DNA of 64,000 nucleotides, taken from Pseudomonadota bacterium. GTDB lineage: Bacteria; Pseudomonadota; Alphaproteobacteria; UBA11222. The position numbers were made by a program, and so were the translations under genes. The stretch lies in NCBI GenBank assembly GCA_049325255.1, contig JBMOMW010000057.1:3804-67803 (forward strand), written 5' to 3'. This document shows positions 1 through 9,125 of the stretch, in pieces. The notes beneath the pieces are model-generated. The model was given only the letters and a program-made list of their open reading frames with translations. It did not search any database and had not been told where the DNA came from. How positions within the stretch are numbered: position 1 is the first letter of the stretch; every line of letters starts with the position of its first letter.

Positions 1-1162
1 CGGGCACGGAGAAAAGCCCTGATTTAGACCCGGATATTGTCCTGTAGGCATTATCCACAAGAATATCAAAGTCGGAGACGATATTACCGATATGATCCGA
101 AAGGCCGCCGGCAATCTCGCCCCGCTTCAGTCCTTGCACAATTGCGCGTACGGAGTCGCCGCCAAGGTTCGAGGTTGTGGAAGGTTGCAGCCAAAGGCGA
201 AATCCGCCGATGCCGTCGCGCTGCATCAATGTCCTGCTGGGACTGAGCACCCCAAATACCCGTGTTCCGGCCAGCGCATTTTCATCAAAATACAGCGGCA
301 GGTCCTGGCCTTCGGTTGTGAACTGAAGATAAGCGCTGTTTTCGATCCAGGGATGGTCCATGAAATACCGGCCAACGAGATCGAATTCGTTACCGGCCCC
401 AGTTGCGTGAATTTTATCGGAGAGGAGAAGAAGCCGCGCCGTTTCAATGCCGCCAACAGCCAGCACCGTGGCGCGGCCCGATACCGTGAACGAATTGCCG
501 GCTAATGTCGCCGCGCGAACACTGCCAACATGCTTTCGTTCGCTGCCTGCATCCGCTTCTTCCGGCGGCAATAATTCAAGCACCGTCGCACCCAGTATAA
601 CCTTTATATTGGGGGCCTTTTGCAGCTCCGGGCCGTATACCTCGGCGAAACGGGTGGGAGGGCTAATTTGAAACATGGCCGTGCGAAGTTTTTCCGGATC
701 AACGGGGAACGCGCGCAGTGTGCTGCCGCCAGGCTGACCAAGCCAGAACAATGGATCGTCGAACGAATAAGGCCCCAATTGACAGACCGCCATGGCTTTC
801 TGATAATAGGGGTCAAGGTCTGCGCGGCTGATTGGCCAACCGCTTTCGGGCCAGTCGGGGCGCGTCTCGAAATCCCAGGGGTCCAGGGGGCGGCACCAGC
901 CAGCCCAATGGTTGGTCGTGCCGCCAAAATAGCGAAGACGGCTTCTGTCGAGAGGTTCCGTGCCGATCCCTGTGACTGCCCCCTTATACAATGCCTGAAT
1001 GGCGTCGTCCGGATCCTCTCCACCGCTTTCGAGCAGGATAACCCGATGCGCCGTACCGGCAAACTGCCGCGCAATCGAAATGCCGGCGGCGCCCGCGCCA
1101 ATGATCAGGAGGTCCGCGTCAATATGACTTCCGCTTTCGATTTTGCCGGCGGGAAGCATCAT
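1..1162 (-). CDS. GMC-family FAD-dependent oxidoreductase (choline dehydrogenase-like); 3' end runs off the window
   Basis: Manual translation from 1162 downward gives MMLPAGKIESGSHIDADLLIIGAGAAGISIARQF (GxGxxG FAD fold), EDPDDAIQALYKGAVTGIGTEPLD and FGGTTNHWAGWCRPLDPWD, all typical of GMC oxidoreductases. Not in the ORF track because it is truncated at the window edge. Confidence 0.7.
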   Translation of the reverse strand, partial: MMLPAGKIESGSHIDADLLIIGAGAAGISIARQFAGTAHRVILLESGGEDPDDAIQALYKGAVTGIGTEPLDRSRLRYFGGTTNHWAGWCRPLDPWDFETRPDWPESGWPISRADLDPYYQKAMAVCQLGPYSFDDPLFWLGQPGGSTLRAFPVDPEKLRTAMFQISPPTRFAEVYGPELQKAPNIKVILGATVLELLPPEEADAGSERKHVGSVRAATLAGNSFTVSGRATVLAVGGIETARLLLLSDKIHATGAGNEFDLVGRYFMDHPWIENSAYLQFTTEGQDLPLYFDENALAGTRVFGVLSPSRTLMQRDGIGGFRLWLQPSTTSNLGGDSVRAIVQGLKRGEIAGGLSDHIGNIVSDFDILVDNAYRTISGSKSGLFSVP

Positions 1163-1327
1163 ATTTGAAATTCCATATCGACCTTGTTCGAATGAACAAG
1201 ACCCTATTTCCTGCGTGTTCAATTATAAAGAGAAAATTATTTCGTCCGCCAAACCCTGACGGCCCGGCGTTGAAAGAGCGCGTCAACATTCCTTTCATAA
1301 CTGAATTTTTGAACGGTCCGTCCGGTA

Positions 1328-2080
1328 TTAAGTAGGCCTATCAGCATAAGAAACCAATAGGTCTGTGGTGCTGAAGAGATAAAGCGTAAGCGCGCCGAAT
1401 GCCGCTTTGCGCCGCTGGGTGGTGTATTCCCTCGTCAACAGGACGTGCGTATATGACAGCCGCGTTTGCCCATAGGTCACGGCCGCGCCCAGTTGCAGGC
1501 TGTTCACCAGCTTTTTCTTGTTTACGTGCGGGCTATCCTTGAATGTACTGCCATCCAGAAAAATATTCCGCGCAACGGCGCGTGCATCAACGGTCGTGAA
1601 AAGATAGCCCCCCAATGTTTTTGTAGGAATAAAAAAATCCGACCCAGGCTGGCTTGGGCGAATGCGTGGCGGCCCATAGTCGGCAGGCAGGTCGTAGCCC
1701 AGACGCAGTGTCGCGCCGGCAGATCCGTCCGTGTTGATATTGCCCAGATTAAAACCCACATGCGGGGTGAAATCCGTACCCAGACCAAAGGGTGAAAATT
1801 CATATATTTTCCGCCATTTTCGCTCATAGGTCAGAATGACGCCGGGTTCGTTTTCAAGAATGCTGATACGTTTGTTGCCATCATCGGCAAGCGGCAGCCT
1901 ACGCGCGATGGCGCGCGCCAGTTCAGGTATATTTTCTTCCGGGGAAAGCCAGGAAAAACGAATGCCATTGGTGTAATCGCGATCCGCGGCGGCAAAAATA
2001 TCATTTTCAATGACGACGTTGAAAATGCCCTTGTCGTCTTCAATCACCCGTTCTTCTGCACCAAGGTCCGGCCCGGACAC
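1328..2080 (-). CDS. DUF2219/LpxR-like (lipid A deacylase family) protein; no recognisable signal peptide, start uncertain or gene degraded
   Basis: 250-aa ORF. N-terminal motif NDIFAAADRDYTNGIRFSW resembles LpxR-family outer membrane proteins, but the longest ORF has no signal peptide and does not end in an aromatic residue. Confidence 0.4.
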   Translation of the reverse strand: MSGPDLGAEERVIEDDKGIFNVVIENDIFAAADRDYTNGIRFSWLSPEENIPELARAIARRLPLADDGNKRISILENEPGVILTYERKWRKIYEFSPFGLGTDFTPHVGFNLGNINTDGSAGATLRLGYDLPADYGPPRIRPSQPGSDFFIPTKTLGGYLFTTVDARAVARNIFLDGSTFKDSPHVNKKKLVNSLQLGAAVTYGQTRLSYTHVLLTREYTTQRRKAAFGALTLYLFSTTDLLVSYADRPT

Positions 2081-2147
2081 ATCGGTAACATCTGCGGGCG
2101 AAGGGAATCATCAAAGGATGGGGCAGGCAGCATCTTGCAACGCAAGG

Positions 2148-3071
2148 CTATGTGCCCATGGCGCGCATGGCGATGGCGGCGGCGGCAGTGCGGTTTTCAA
2201 CGCCAAGCTTTGGATAAATCTGTTCAAGATGCTTGTTCACGGTTCGCGGGCTCATTTTAAGAATCTCGCCGATATCGCGGTTTGATTTGCCGCGTGCGGT
2301 CCATATAAGCACTTCGGCTTCACGCAGGGTCAGCGACAATTTGTCCTGCAACACCCGTTCCTCCTTGCACGCAACATAATTGCTGACGCGCAGGAGTATT
2401 TCATGGTGACCGATTTCGCCATCATAGGAGAACTGTAACTGGGTTAATCCATGGCAGGAGATCAAAACCGGCGCGTTGTTTGCCACATCTGCATTATTGC
2501 ATTGCTGCAACCAGGATCGCACCATACCGGGCAATATAAAATTTCTAGTCCTGAAATCGGGAAACATTGCGCACATGAGTGCATTGGCCTGCGGCGTGCA
2601 CCATAGAATGCGGCCGGAATGATCCACCGCCAGATAATAGCGCCCCGAAGCATCCAGCGCTTCATAGGCCCTATGTGCAAGGCGCGCATTGGCAAGATGC
2701 GTCCGGATACGGGCGATCAATTCATCCGGTACGATGGGCTTTGCGACATAGTCGACACCGCCCGCCTCAAAGCCCATGACGATATGCGCCGTATCCGTCA
2801 ATCCGGTCATGAAAATGACCGGCACATGGGCCGCCGCTATCAGGCGCTTCAGCCGCCGGGTCGTCTCAAAACCATCCATCCCAGGCATGACCGCATCCAT
2901 GAGAATGATATCCGGGGTTACCTTTCCAATCGCGGCCAGGGCCTGATCCCCTTCGAGGGCCGCAAGAACGGTCAGACCCGCATCTTCCAGCACATCGGCA
3001 AGCATTGCGACAGTTTCGGTTGAATCGTCCACAACGAGCACAGTGTCGCGCGCGGATCTAATGGGAATCAT
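2148..3071 (-). CDS. response regulator: N-terminal receiver, atypical ~130-aa middle domain, C-terminal LuxR/FixJ-type HTH
   Basis: REC motifs VLVVDDS and DIILMDAVMPGMDG. C-terminal LTLREAEVLIWTARGKSNRDIGEILKMSPRTVNKHLEQIY is a LuxR-type HTH. ATG at 3071 (MIPIRS) overlaps the upstream kinase stop by 14 nt. Confidence 0.8.
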   Translation of the reverse strand: MIPIRSARDTVLVVDDSTETVAMLADVLEDAGLTVLAALEGDQALAAIGKVTPDIILMDAVMPGMDGFETTRRLKRLIAAAHVPVIFMTGLTDTAHIVMGFEAGGVDYVAKPIVPDELIARIRTHLANARLAHRAYEALDASGRYYLAVDHSGRILWCTPQANALMCAMFPDFRTRNFILPGMVRSWLQQCNNADVANNAPVLISCHGLTQLQFSYDGEIGHHEILLRVSNYVACKEERVLQDKLSLTLREAEVLIWTARGKSNRDIGEILKMSPRTVNKHLEQIYPKLGVENRTAAAAIAMRAMGT

Positions 3072-6000
3072 GTGATTGCACCTTCTCGATTGCTGCAATG
3101 AACCGCTTGAAATCATATGTCGCGGCGATCTGACGCATCTGCGCTACGAATGGTCCGTTGCCGGGGGAGCTGTTTTCAATATCGTCTAGTTTGGCCTGAA
3201 TGCCACGCACATGGCCGATCTGGCCCAGATGCAGCAGCTCCTCAATATGAGGTTCAGATGGTGGTATGATAAGGCAGTTTTGCCCGTTCGCCTCTCCGCC
3301 CACGCTGTCCGATTCATATGTCCATTCCAGTTTCAGAAGCGCCTGGGTTTTATCCAGCAGCGAATTGATTTTCATTGGCTTGATCAGACAGTCATCATGC
3401 GCGCGATCCGGCGCAAGGGTCTGGTGTGTCTCGTTGATATTTGCGGAGAGAATAATGATTGCGGGCTTGTCGAGACCCATAGCCCGCAGTCTGCGCGCCA
3501 CCTCCCAACCGTCCATGCCAGGCATCAACACGTCCAGCAGGATCAGGTCAGGATCGCATTCCTGCGCCAGCGTAATGCAGGCAGGGCCATCCGGCGCATG
3601 CAATACTGTAAATCCAAGCGGCGCGAGCGTCTCGTGGATAAGGTCACGATGGACAGGGTTATCATCTGCGGCAATCACCGTCCTGTGAGGCCCGTGATAC
3701 CCGGTGATGCGTTTTTCCCGCGCGATGGCGGCGCGCGGCCGGATGACTTCCGATAACATCAGCCTGACACGGAAGATGCTGCCTTTGCCCACTATGCTGG
3801 TCACGCTGATCTCGCCGCCCATGGTTTCGGTCAGCACCCGCGCAATGGTAAGGCCAAGGCCGGTTCCAGCGGGAACCTTGATTTCCTCGGGCCCGTGCAC
3901 GCGCTGGAAGGGTTCGAAAATCCGGTCAATATCCTGCGCACGGATGCCAATGCCGGTATCCTCGATTTCAAATACCGCAACCTGGTTGCGGTAAGTCACG
4001 CGCAGCGCGACATGGCCGGCGCCTGTAAACTTGATGGCGTTTGACAGCAGGTTGATCAGAATTTGACGCAGCCGGTTTTCATCCGTATGGACCACCACCG
4101 GTATCTGGTCCGCCACTTCATAGTGGAACGCAATACCTTTAGCGGTTGTCTGTAAACGGAACATATCGACAAGCTGATCCAGAAATTCAATGATACGCAC
4201 TTCTTCGTGGTTGAGTTGAAAACGTCCCGCCTCGATCTTGGAAATATCGAGCAGGCCGTCAATCAGCACCGAAAGATGCTCGGCACTGCGCCGCACGACC
4301 TTGATAGCGTCCACACGCCGCGCCGGAATGGCTTTGTCGCGTTCAAGCAGTTGGGCGTAACCCAGAATCGCATTGAGCGGCGTGCGAAGTTCGTGACTAA
4401 GGCCCACGACATACCGGCTTTTAGCTTCATTCGCCGCCTCGGCCACTTCTTTCGCCCGCTGCAATTTGGCGTCCGTGATCTTGTGCGCCTCGATCTCCTC
4501 AAACAGAAGATTATTCTGACGCAGCGACTCCTCTTCCGCCACATGACGGCTTTCCTTCGCCAGCACGTACAACCAGACGGCGACACAATTAATCAAAGAC
4601 ATGACCAGGAACACGGCCCCCAGAATTGACTGGAACAGCGCCGTGTCCGCATCCGCATCAACCGTCGCCTGCAGATAGACCAGCATCAGTCCGGCGCCCA
4701 GCACGAGCGTGACCATGAAAAACACGCGCAGATAATTGCCCACCCGCGAATTGAGCGGCTTCCTGATCCATTGCGGCAGCGCCATTTCCAAGCCGCTCAA
4801 TAGCTGGCCGCCATGGAGCGCGTCCTGTTTGCATACATCATGACAGCGGGCGTCCAGCGAACAGCACAGGGAACATATCGGCCCCGAATAAGCGGGACAC
4901 ATCGCCATATCTTCCGGCTCGAACTTATGCTCACAGATGCAGCACTTGATGGACGCTTTACCGCGCCAGGCAAGATGCGGTCCGCGCGCAATGTAAAACC
5001 GCCCCCGGGTTAACACTGCAATGACCGGTGATGACACAAAGGCCACGCCAAGTGCTACATAGGAAGCCAGCGCCTGGGACACATCTCCAAACAGATTGAG
5101 GTGGGCGGCAAAACCCGCAGCGACCGCCAATATCATCGCGCCGACGCCAACAGGATTGATGTCATAGAGATGCGCGCGTTTGAATTCGATAAAAGGCGGG
5201 CTAAGGCCCATCGGCTTATTGACAACCAGATCGGCGACAAGCGCGCCTATCCAGGCGATGGCGACAATCGAATACAGCCCGAGTATTTTCTCCAGCGCCC
5301 GGAAAATGCCAATTTCCATCAGCACCAGGGCAATCGCCACATTGAACACCAGCCACACAACCCGGCCGGGATGGGTATGGGTCAGCCGCGAAAAGAAATT
5401 CGACCAGGCCAGCGATCCCGCATAGGCATTGGTCACATTGATCTTGATCTGCGACAGGACAACAAAGATGCCGGTAAAGCCGAGCGCCAGTTCAGGCGAA
5501 GAGAACACATATTCAAATGCGATCAGGTACATTTGCGTCGGTTCCGCCGCGCGTTCCAGTGGCACAAAGTTCTGGACCGCGAGGGCGGCAAGAAACGATC
5601 CGCCCAGTAATTTGAGCACCCCGGGCACGATCCAGCCCGGACCTGCGGCGACCAAACCCGTCCACCAGCCCAGGCGCTGTTTGCGGTTACGTGGCAGAAA
5701 ACGTAAAAAGTCAACCTGTTCGCCGATCTGAGCGATCAGCGCAAAGGCGACAGATGAAGCTGCGCCAAACAGGACTATGTTGAAATTTCCGTCCGTGTTC
5801 TGAGAGCCAGAAAAATTTGTCCAGTCATCAAATTTGCCCGCGCCATGCGCCGGAATGAAAACAAAGGGCAGCAGTTGCAGCAATATCCAGAGCGGCTGTG
5901 TCCATAATTGCAGCCGGCTGATGAAGGTGATGCCATGCGTCACCAGCGGGATTATCACAATGGCGCTGATAATATATCCAAGCGCCAGCGGCACGCCAAA

Positions 6001-6567
6001 GCACAGCTCCAGAGCCAGCGACATGATCGCCGCCTCAATGGCGAAGAAAAGAAACGTGAAGGACGCATATATCAGCGATGTTATGGTGGATCCGATATAG
6101 CCAAATCCCGCGCCGCGCGTCAGCAGGTCGATATCGACACCATATTTGGCCGCGTAAAAAGCAACCGGTAATCCAGTGGCAAAGATAATCACGCTTACCA
6201 CAAGAATGGCGGCGGCGGCATTGGTGAACCCATAATTGAGCGTAATGGCGCCGCCAATAGCTTCCAGCGCAAGAAACGAGATCGCGCCCAGGGCTGCATT
6301 GGTGACACGGAAGTTTGACCATTTTCGCGCATTTTTCGCGGTAAAACGCAGCGCGTAATCTTCCAGGGTCTGGTTGGCGACCCATTTATTATAATTACGT
6401 CGTACACGGATGATTTTCAGCCGCGCCATCATGGCCAATAGCCTTTGTTCAAACCACGCTCCGCCATCCCAGCGATAATGACAGCTTAACGCTATCATTG
6501 TGCGACGCACAAGATTCAATTTGCATCGCAACATAAATCTGGGCGCGCGCACCGGATAAACCGCCAT
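3058..6567 (-). CDS. hybrid sensor histidine kinase with N-terminal NCS1 (purine-cytosine/hydantoin permease)-like 12-TM domain, Cys-rich segment, HisKA, HATPase, one receiver and a possible C-terminal Hpt-like tail
   Basis: 1169 aa. N-terminal 550 aa are polytopic membrane sequence with NCS1-like motifs (FRVTNAALGAISF..., GFGYIGS). Then CCICEHKF...CPAYSGPICSLCCSLDARCHDVC, two TM helices and a coiled coil. LSHELRTPLN is the HisKA H-box, followed by the G-boxes DTGIGI and GTGLGL, and REC with LILLDVLMPGMDG. Likely true start is MMARLK at about 6432. Confidence 0.85.
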   Translation of the reverse strand: MAVYPVRAPRFMLRCKLNLVRRTMIALSCHYRWDGGAWFEQRLLAMMARLKIIRVRRNYNKWVANQTLEDYALRFTAKNARKWSNFRVTNAALGAISFLALEAIGGAITLNYGFTNAAAAILVVSVIIFATGLPVAFYAAKYGVDIDLLTRGAGFGYIGSTITSLIYASFTFLFFAIEAAIMSLALELCFGVPLALGYIISAIVIIPLVTHGITFISRLQLWTQPLWILLQLLPFVFIPAHGAGKFDDWTNFSGSQNTDGNFNIVLFGAASSVAFALIAQIGEQVDFLRFLPRNRKQRLGWWTGLVAAGPGWIVPGVLKLLGGSFLAALAVQNFVPLERAAEPTQMYLIAFEYVFSSPELALGFTGIFVVLSQIKINVTNAYAGSLAWSNFFSRLTHTHPGRVVWLVFNVAIALVLMEIGIFRALEKILGLYSIVAIAWIGALVADLVVNKPMGLSPPFIEFKRAHLYDINPVGVGAMILAVAAGFAAHLNLFGDVSQALASYVALGVAFVSSPVIAVLTRGRFYIARGPHLAWRGKASIKCCICEHKFEPEDMAMCPAYSGPICSLCCSLDARCHDVCKQDALHGGQLLSGLEMALPQWIRKPLNSRVGNYLRVFFMVTLVLGAGLMLVYLQATVDADADTALFQSILGAVFLVMSLINCVAVWLYVLAKESRHVAEEESLRQNNLLFEEIEAHKITDAKLQRAKEVAEAANEAKSRYVVGLSHELRTPLNAILGYAQLLERDKAIPARRVDAIKVVRRSAEHLSVLIDGLLDISKIEAGRFQLNHEEVRIIEFLDQLVDMFRLQTTAKGIAFHYEVADQIPVVVHTDENRLRQILINLLSNAIKFTGAGHVALRVTYRNQVAVFEIEDTGIGIRAQDIDRIFEPFQRVHGPEEIKVPAGTGLGLTIARVLTETMGGEISVTSIVGKGSIFRVRLMLSEVIRPRAAIAREKRITGYHGPHRTVIAADDNPVHRDLIHETLAPLGFTVLHAPDGPACITLAQECDPDLILLDVLMPGMDGWEVARRLRAMGLDKPAIIILSANINETHQTLAPDRAHDDCLIKPMKINSLLDKTQALLKLEWTYESDSVGGEANGQNCLIIPPSEPHIEELLHLGQIGHVRGIQAKLDDIENSSPGNGPFVAQMRQIAATYDFKRFIAAIEKVQSHDSH

Positions 6568-6822
6568 CCCCTATATTTTGCAGACGAGCCATAAGGATGG
6601 CCAATATAAATCAGCCTCAAAAAAATGGCACTCTGTGGCCATAAAATAAGCAGCCGATGACGAAAATATAAGCAGCGGTCTCTGCCTCTCTCCATGGCGC
6701 GGCGCGATTGTTTTTTGCATATACGTCAAACGACGTATTGCTGCGTTGCAATATGTCTGGCGATTGTTGACGCCATGGATCGCGATAGTGCGACTCCGCC
6801 GTTGGATTTTAGGAGGCGTCAA
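6568..6822. promoter_or_regulatory. divergent promoter region between the sensor kinase and urtA, with inverted repeats that are candidate operators
   Basis: Contains ATACGTC-aaac-GACGTAT (perfect 7-bp arms) and ATTGC-N6-GCAAT inverted repeats, plus an AGGAGG RBS 6 nt upstream of the urtA ATG. Confidence 0.4.
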
Positions 6823-8094
6823 ATGTCATCTGATAACAAGAAACCCGGGGGCTGGGATTTTCAATCACCCACACGCCGGCAATTGCTAATCGGCACGGCG
6901 GCGCTTGGCGCCGCAGCAATGCTGCCGCGTGGCGCCTGGGCGCAGGCATTCCCGACCAGTGCGGTCAATACAACCGGACTTGCGGTCACCGATACCGAGG
7001 TGACAGTTGGCATTCTGCATTCCGTCACCGGGACCATGGCGATTTCCGAAACCGGTTCGGTGCAGGCCGAGAAACTGGCCATTGCACAAATAAATGCAGC
7101 AGGCGGCGTGCTGGGCCGCCAGATCAAATTCATCCAGGAGGACGGCGCCAGCGACTGGCCGACCTTTGCTGAAAAGGCCAAAAAGCTACTTGTTAAAGAC
7201 AAATGCGCTTCGGTAATGGGCTGCTGGACATCGGCGTCGCGCAAGGCGGTGCTGCCGGTGTTCGAACAATATAATGGCATGCTGTATTACCCGACCTTCT
7301 ATGAAGGTCTGGAGCAATCCAAGAACGTTATCTATACCGGTCAGGAAGCAACACAGCAGATCATCGCCGGGCTGGACTGGGTGGTGAAGGAAAAGGGCGC
7401 CAAGAGTTTCTATCTGCTGGGATCGGACTATATCTGGCCGCGCACATCGAACAAGATCGCGCGCAAGCACATTGAGAACTTTCTCAAGCTGAAAGTGGTG
7501 GGCGAGGAATATTTCCCGCTTGGGCATACGCAGTTCAACTCCGTTATCAATAAATTGAAACTGACCAAGCCAGACGTGATTTACGCAATCATTGTGGGCG
7601 GCTCGAACGTGGCGTTCTACAAACAGCTTAAAGCCGCAGGCATTGATTTGACCAAGCAGACACTGGTCACAATCTCGGTGACCGAAGATGAAATTCTGGG
7701 TATTGGCGGCGAAAATATCGTTGGCGCCTATGCCTGCATGAAATATTTCCAGTCGCTCGACAATCCCAACAACAAGACCTTTGTCTCCGAATTCAAAAAG
7801 ATGTGGGGCGCAGAAACGGTTATTGGCGACGTCACGCAGGCCGCCTATCTCGGTCCCTGGCTGTGGAAACTGACGGTGGAGAAAGCAGGCTCCTTTGATG
7901 TCGATAAGGTGGCGGCGGCATCACCGGGCATTGAATTCAAGGGCGCGCCCGAGGGTTATGTGCGCATCCACGAAAACCACCATTTATGGAGCAAGACCCG
8001 CGTCGGCCTCGCGCGCCTCGATGGCCAGTATGACGTTGTGTATGAAACGGCTGACCTGATGGAGCCAAATCCCTTTCCCAAGGGCTATCAATGA
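6823..8094 (+). CDS. urtA: urea/short-chain amide ABC transporter substrate-binding protein (UrtA/FmdD), Tat signal
   Basis: Twin-arginine motif RRQLLIGTAALGAAA. Strong similarity to the UrtA/amide-urea binding protein family. Operon context with urtBCDE and fmdA. AGGAGG RBS at 6811-6816. Confidence 0.85.
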   Translation: MSSDNKKPGGWDFQSPTRRQLLIGTAALGAAAMLPRGAWAQAFPTSAVNTTGLAVTDTEVTVGILHSVTGTMAISETGSVQAEKLAIAQINAAGGVLGRQIKFIQEDGASDWPTFAEKAKKLLVKDKCASVMGCWTSASRKAVLPVFEQYNGMLYYPTFYEGLEQSKNVIYTGQEATQQIIAGLDWVVKEKGAKSFYLLGSDYIWPRTSNKIARKHIENFLKLKVVGEEYFPLGHTQFNSVINKLKLTKPDVIYAIIVGGSNVAFYKQLKAAGIDLTKQTLVTISVTEDEILGIGGENIVGAYACMKYFQSLDNPNNKTFVSEFKKMWGAETVIGDVTQAAYLGPWLWKLTVEKAGSFDVDKVAAASPGIEFKGAPEGYVRIHENHHLWSKTRVGLARLDGQYDVVYETADLMEPNPFPKGYQ

Positions 8095-8192
8095 TCTTTC
8101 AGTCATGTCCGGGCGGCGCGCCGCCCGGACGGTAAGGTTCAGCAGTCAATTTGGCAGCCCGCCATATACGGCCACCTGTAGGGAGTAACACG

Positions 8193-9119
8193 ATGTTCAT
8201 GGAGTATTCGCTTGGTGATCTCGGCTCGATTTTTGCGATGCAGGCATTTGCGGGACTGATACTTTTCTCCGTGTACCTCTTAATGGCGCTGGGTCTTGCA
8301 ATCATCTTTGGCCAGATGAACGTCATCAACATGGCGCATGGCGAGTTCATGATCCTCGGCGCCTATATGACATATTTGTGCTCGCACCTGTTTCAGAGCT
8401 ATGCGCCCGGCCTGTATGACGGTTACTTCTTTGTGGCCATGACCGTGGCCTTCATTGTTTCAGGCGGGATGGGGCTGATTGTGGAGTGGCTGCTGATCCG
8501 GCGCCTCTATTCCCGCCCGCTGGATACGCTGCTGGCGACCTGGGGCCTCAGCCTGATCATGCAGCAGACTTTCCGTTCCGTCTTTGGCGCGCGCGAAGTG
8601 GGTGTTGAATTGCCGGCCTGGATGATGGGCTCGCTGCCGGTGACCGGTTCCATCGAAGTGCAGATCAATGGACTGTTCGTCATGGCGCTGACGCTTTTCA
8701 TAACCGGGCTTGTGGCGCTATTGATGCTCCGTTCCCGCTGGGGCCTGCAGGTGCGCGCGGTGCTGTCAAACCGCGTCATGGCGGGCGCTGCCGGCGTCAA
8801 CACACAGCGCGTTGACCGGCTTACCTTCGGGCTTGGCTGCGGCATAGCCGGGATCGCGGGTTCGGCTTTCACCATGATCGGCTCCACCGGCCCGACGGCT
8901 GGTCAGCTTTACATTGTTGACACGTTCCTCGTCGTTGTCTTTGGCGGCGCGCAGAGCCTGCTGGGAACCGTATTTTCGGCACTCTCCATCTCACAGTCGC
9001 AGTCCGTCATGGAGTTCTTCATGTCGGGCTCGATGGCCAAGGTGATCACGCTGCTGTTTGTCATCGGCCTTTTGATGCTGCGCCCGCAGGGCCTGTTTGT
9101 CCTCAAGATTAGAAAGTAA
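8193..9119 (+). CDS. urtB: urea ABC transporter permease UrtB
   Basis: Branched-chain-amino-acid-type permease fold (LivH-like), multiple TM segments, operon position. Confidence 0.85.
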   Translation: MFMEYSLGDLGSIFAMQAFAGLILFSVYLLMALGLAIIFGQMNVINMAHGEFMILGAYMTYLCSHLFQSYAPGLYDGYFFVAMTVAFIVSGGMGLIVEWLLIRRLYSRPLDTLLATWGLSLIMQQTFRSVFGAREVGVELPAWMMGSLPVTGSIEVQINGLFVMALTLFITGLVALLMLRSRWGLQVRAVLSNRVMAGAAGVNTQRVDRLTFGLGCGIAGIAGSAFTMIGSTGPTAGQLYIVDTFLVVVFGGAQSLLGTVFSALSISQSQSVMEFFMSGSMAKVITLLFVIGLLMLRPQGLFVLKIRK

Positions 9120-9125
9120 CGCATC

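Noticed and set aside
3058-3700. Possible second receiver domain in the hybrid kinase
   Set aside because: Only one D-containing receiver motif (LILLDVLMPGMDG) is present. The C-terminal 80 aa look Hpt-like or unstructured rather than a second REC.
6694-6822. Upstream extension of urtA from an alternative start at 6694
   Set aside because: The extension lacks an RBS and would place about 40 residues before the Tat signal. An AGGAGG RBS sits 6 nt before the ATG at 6823, which yields a canonical twin-arginine signal peptide.
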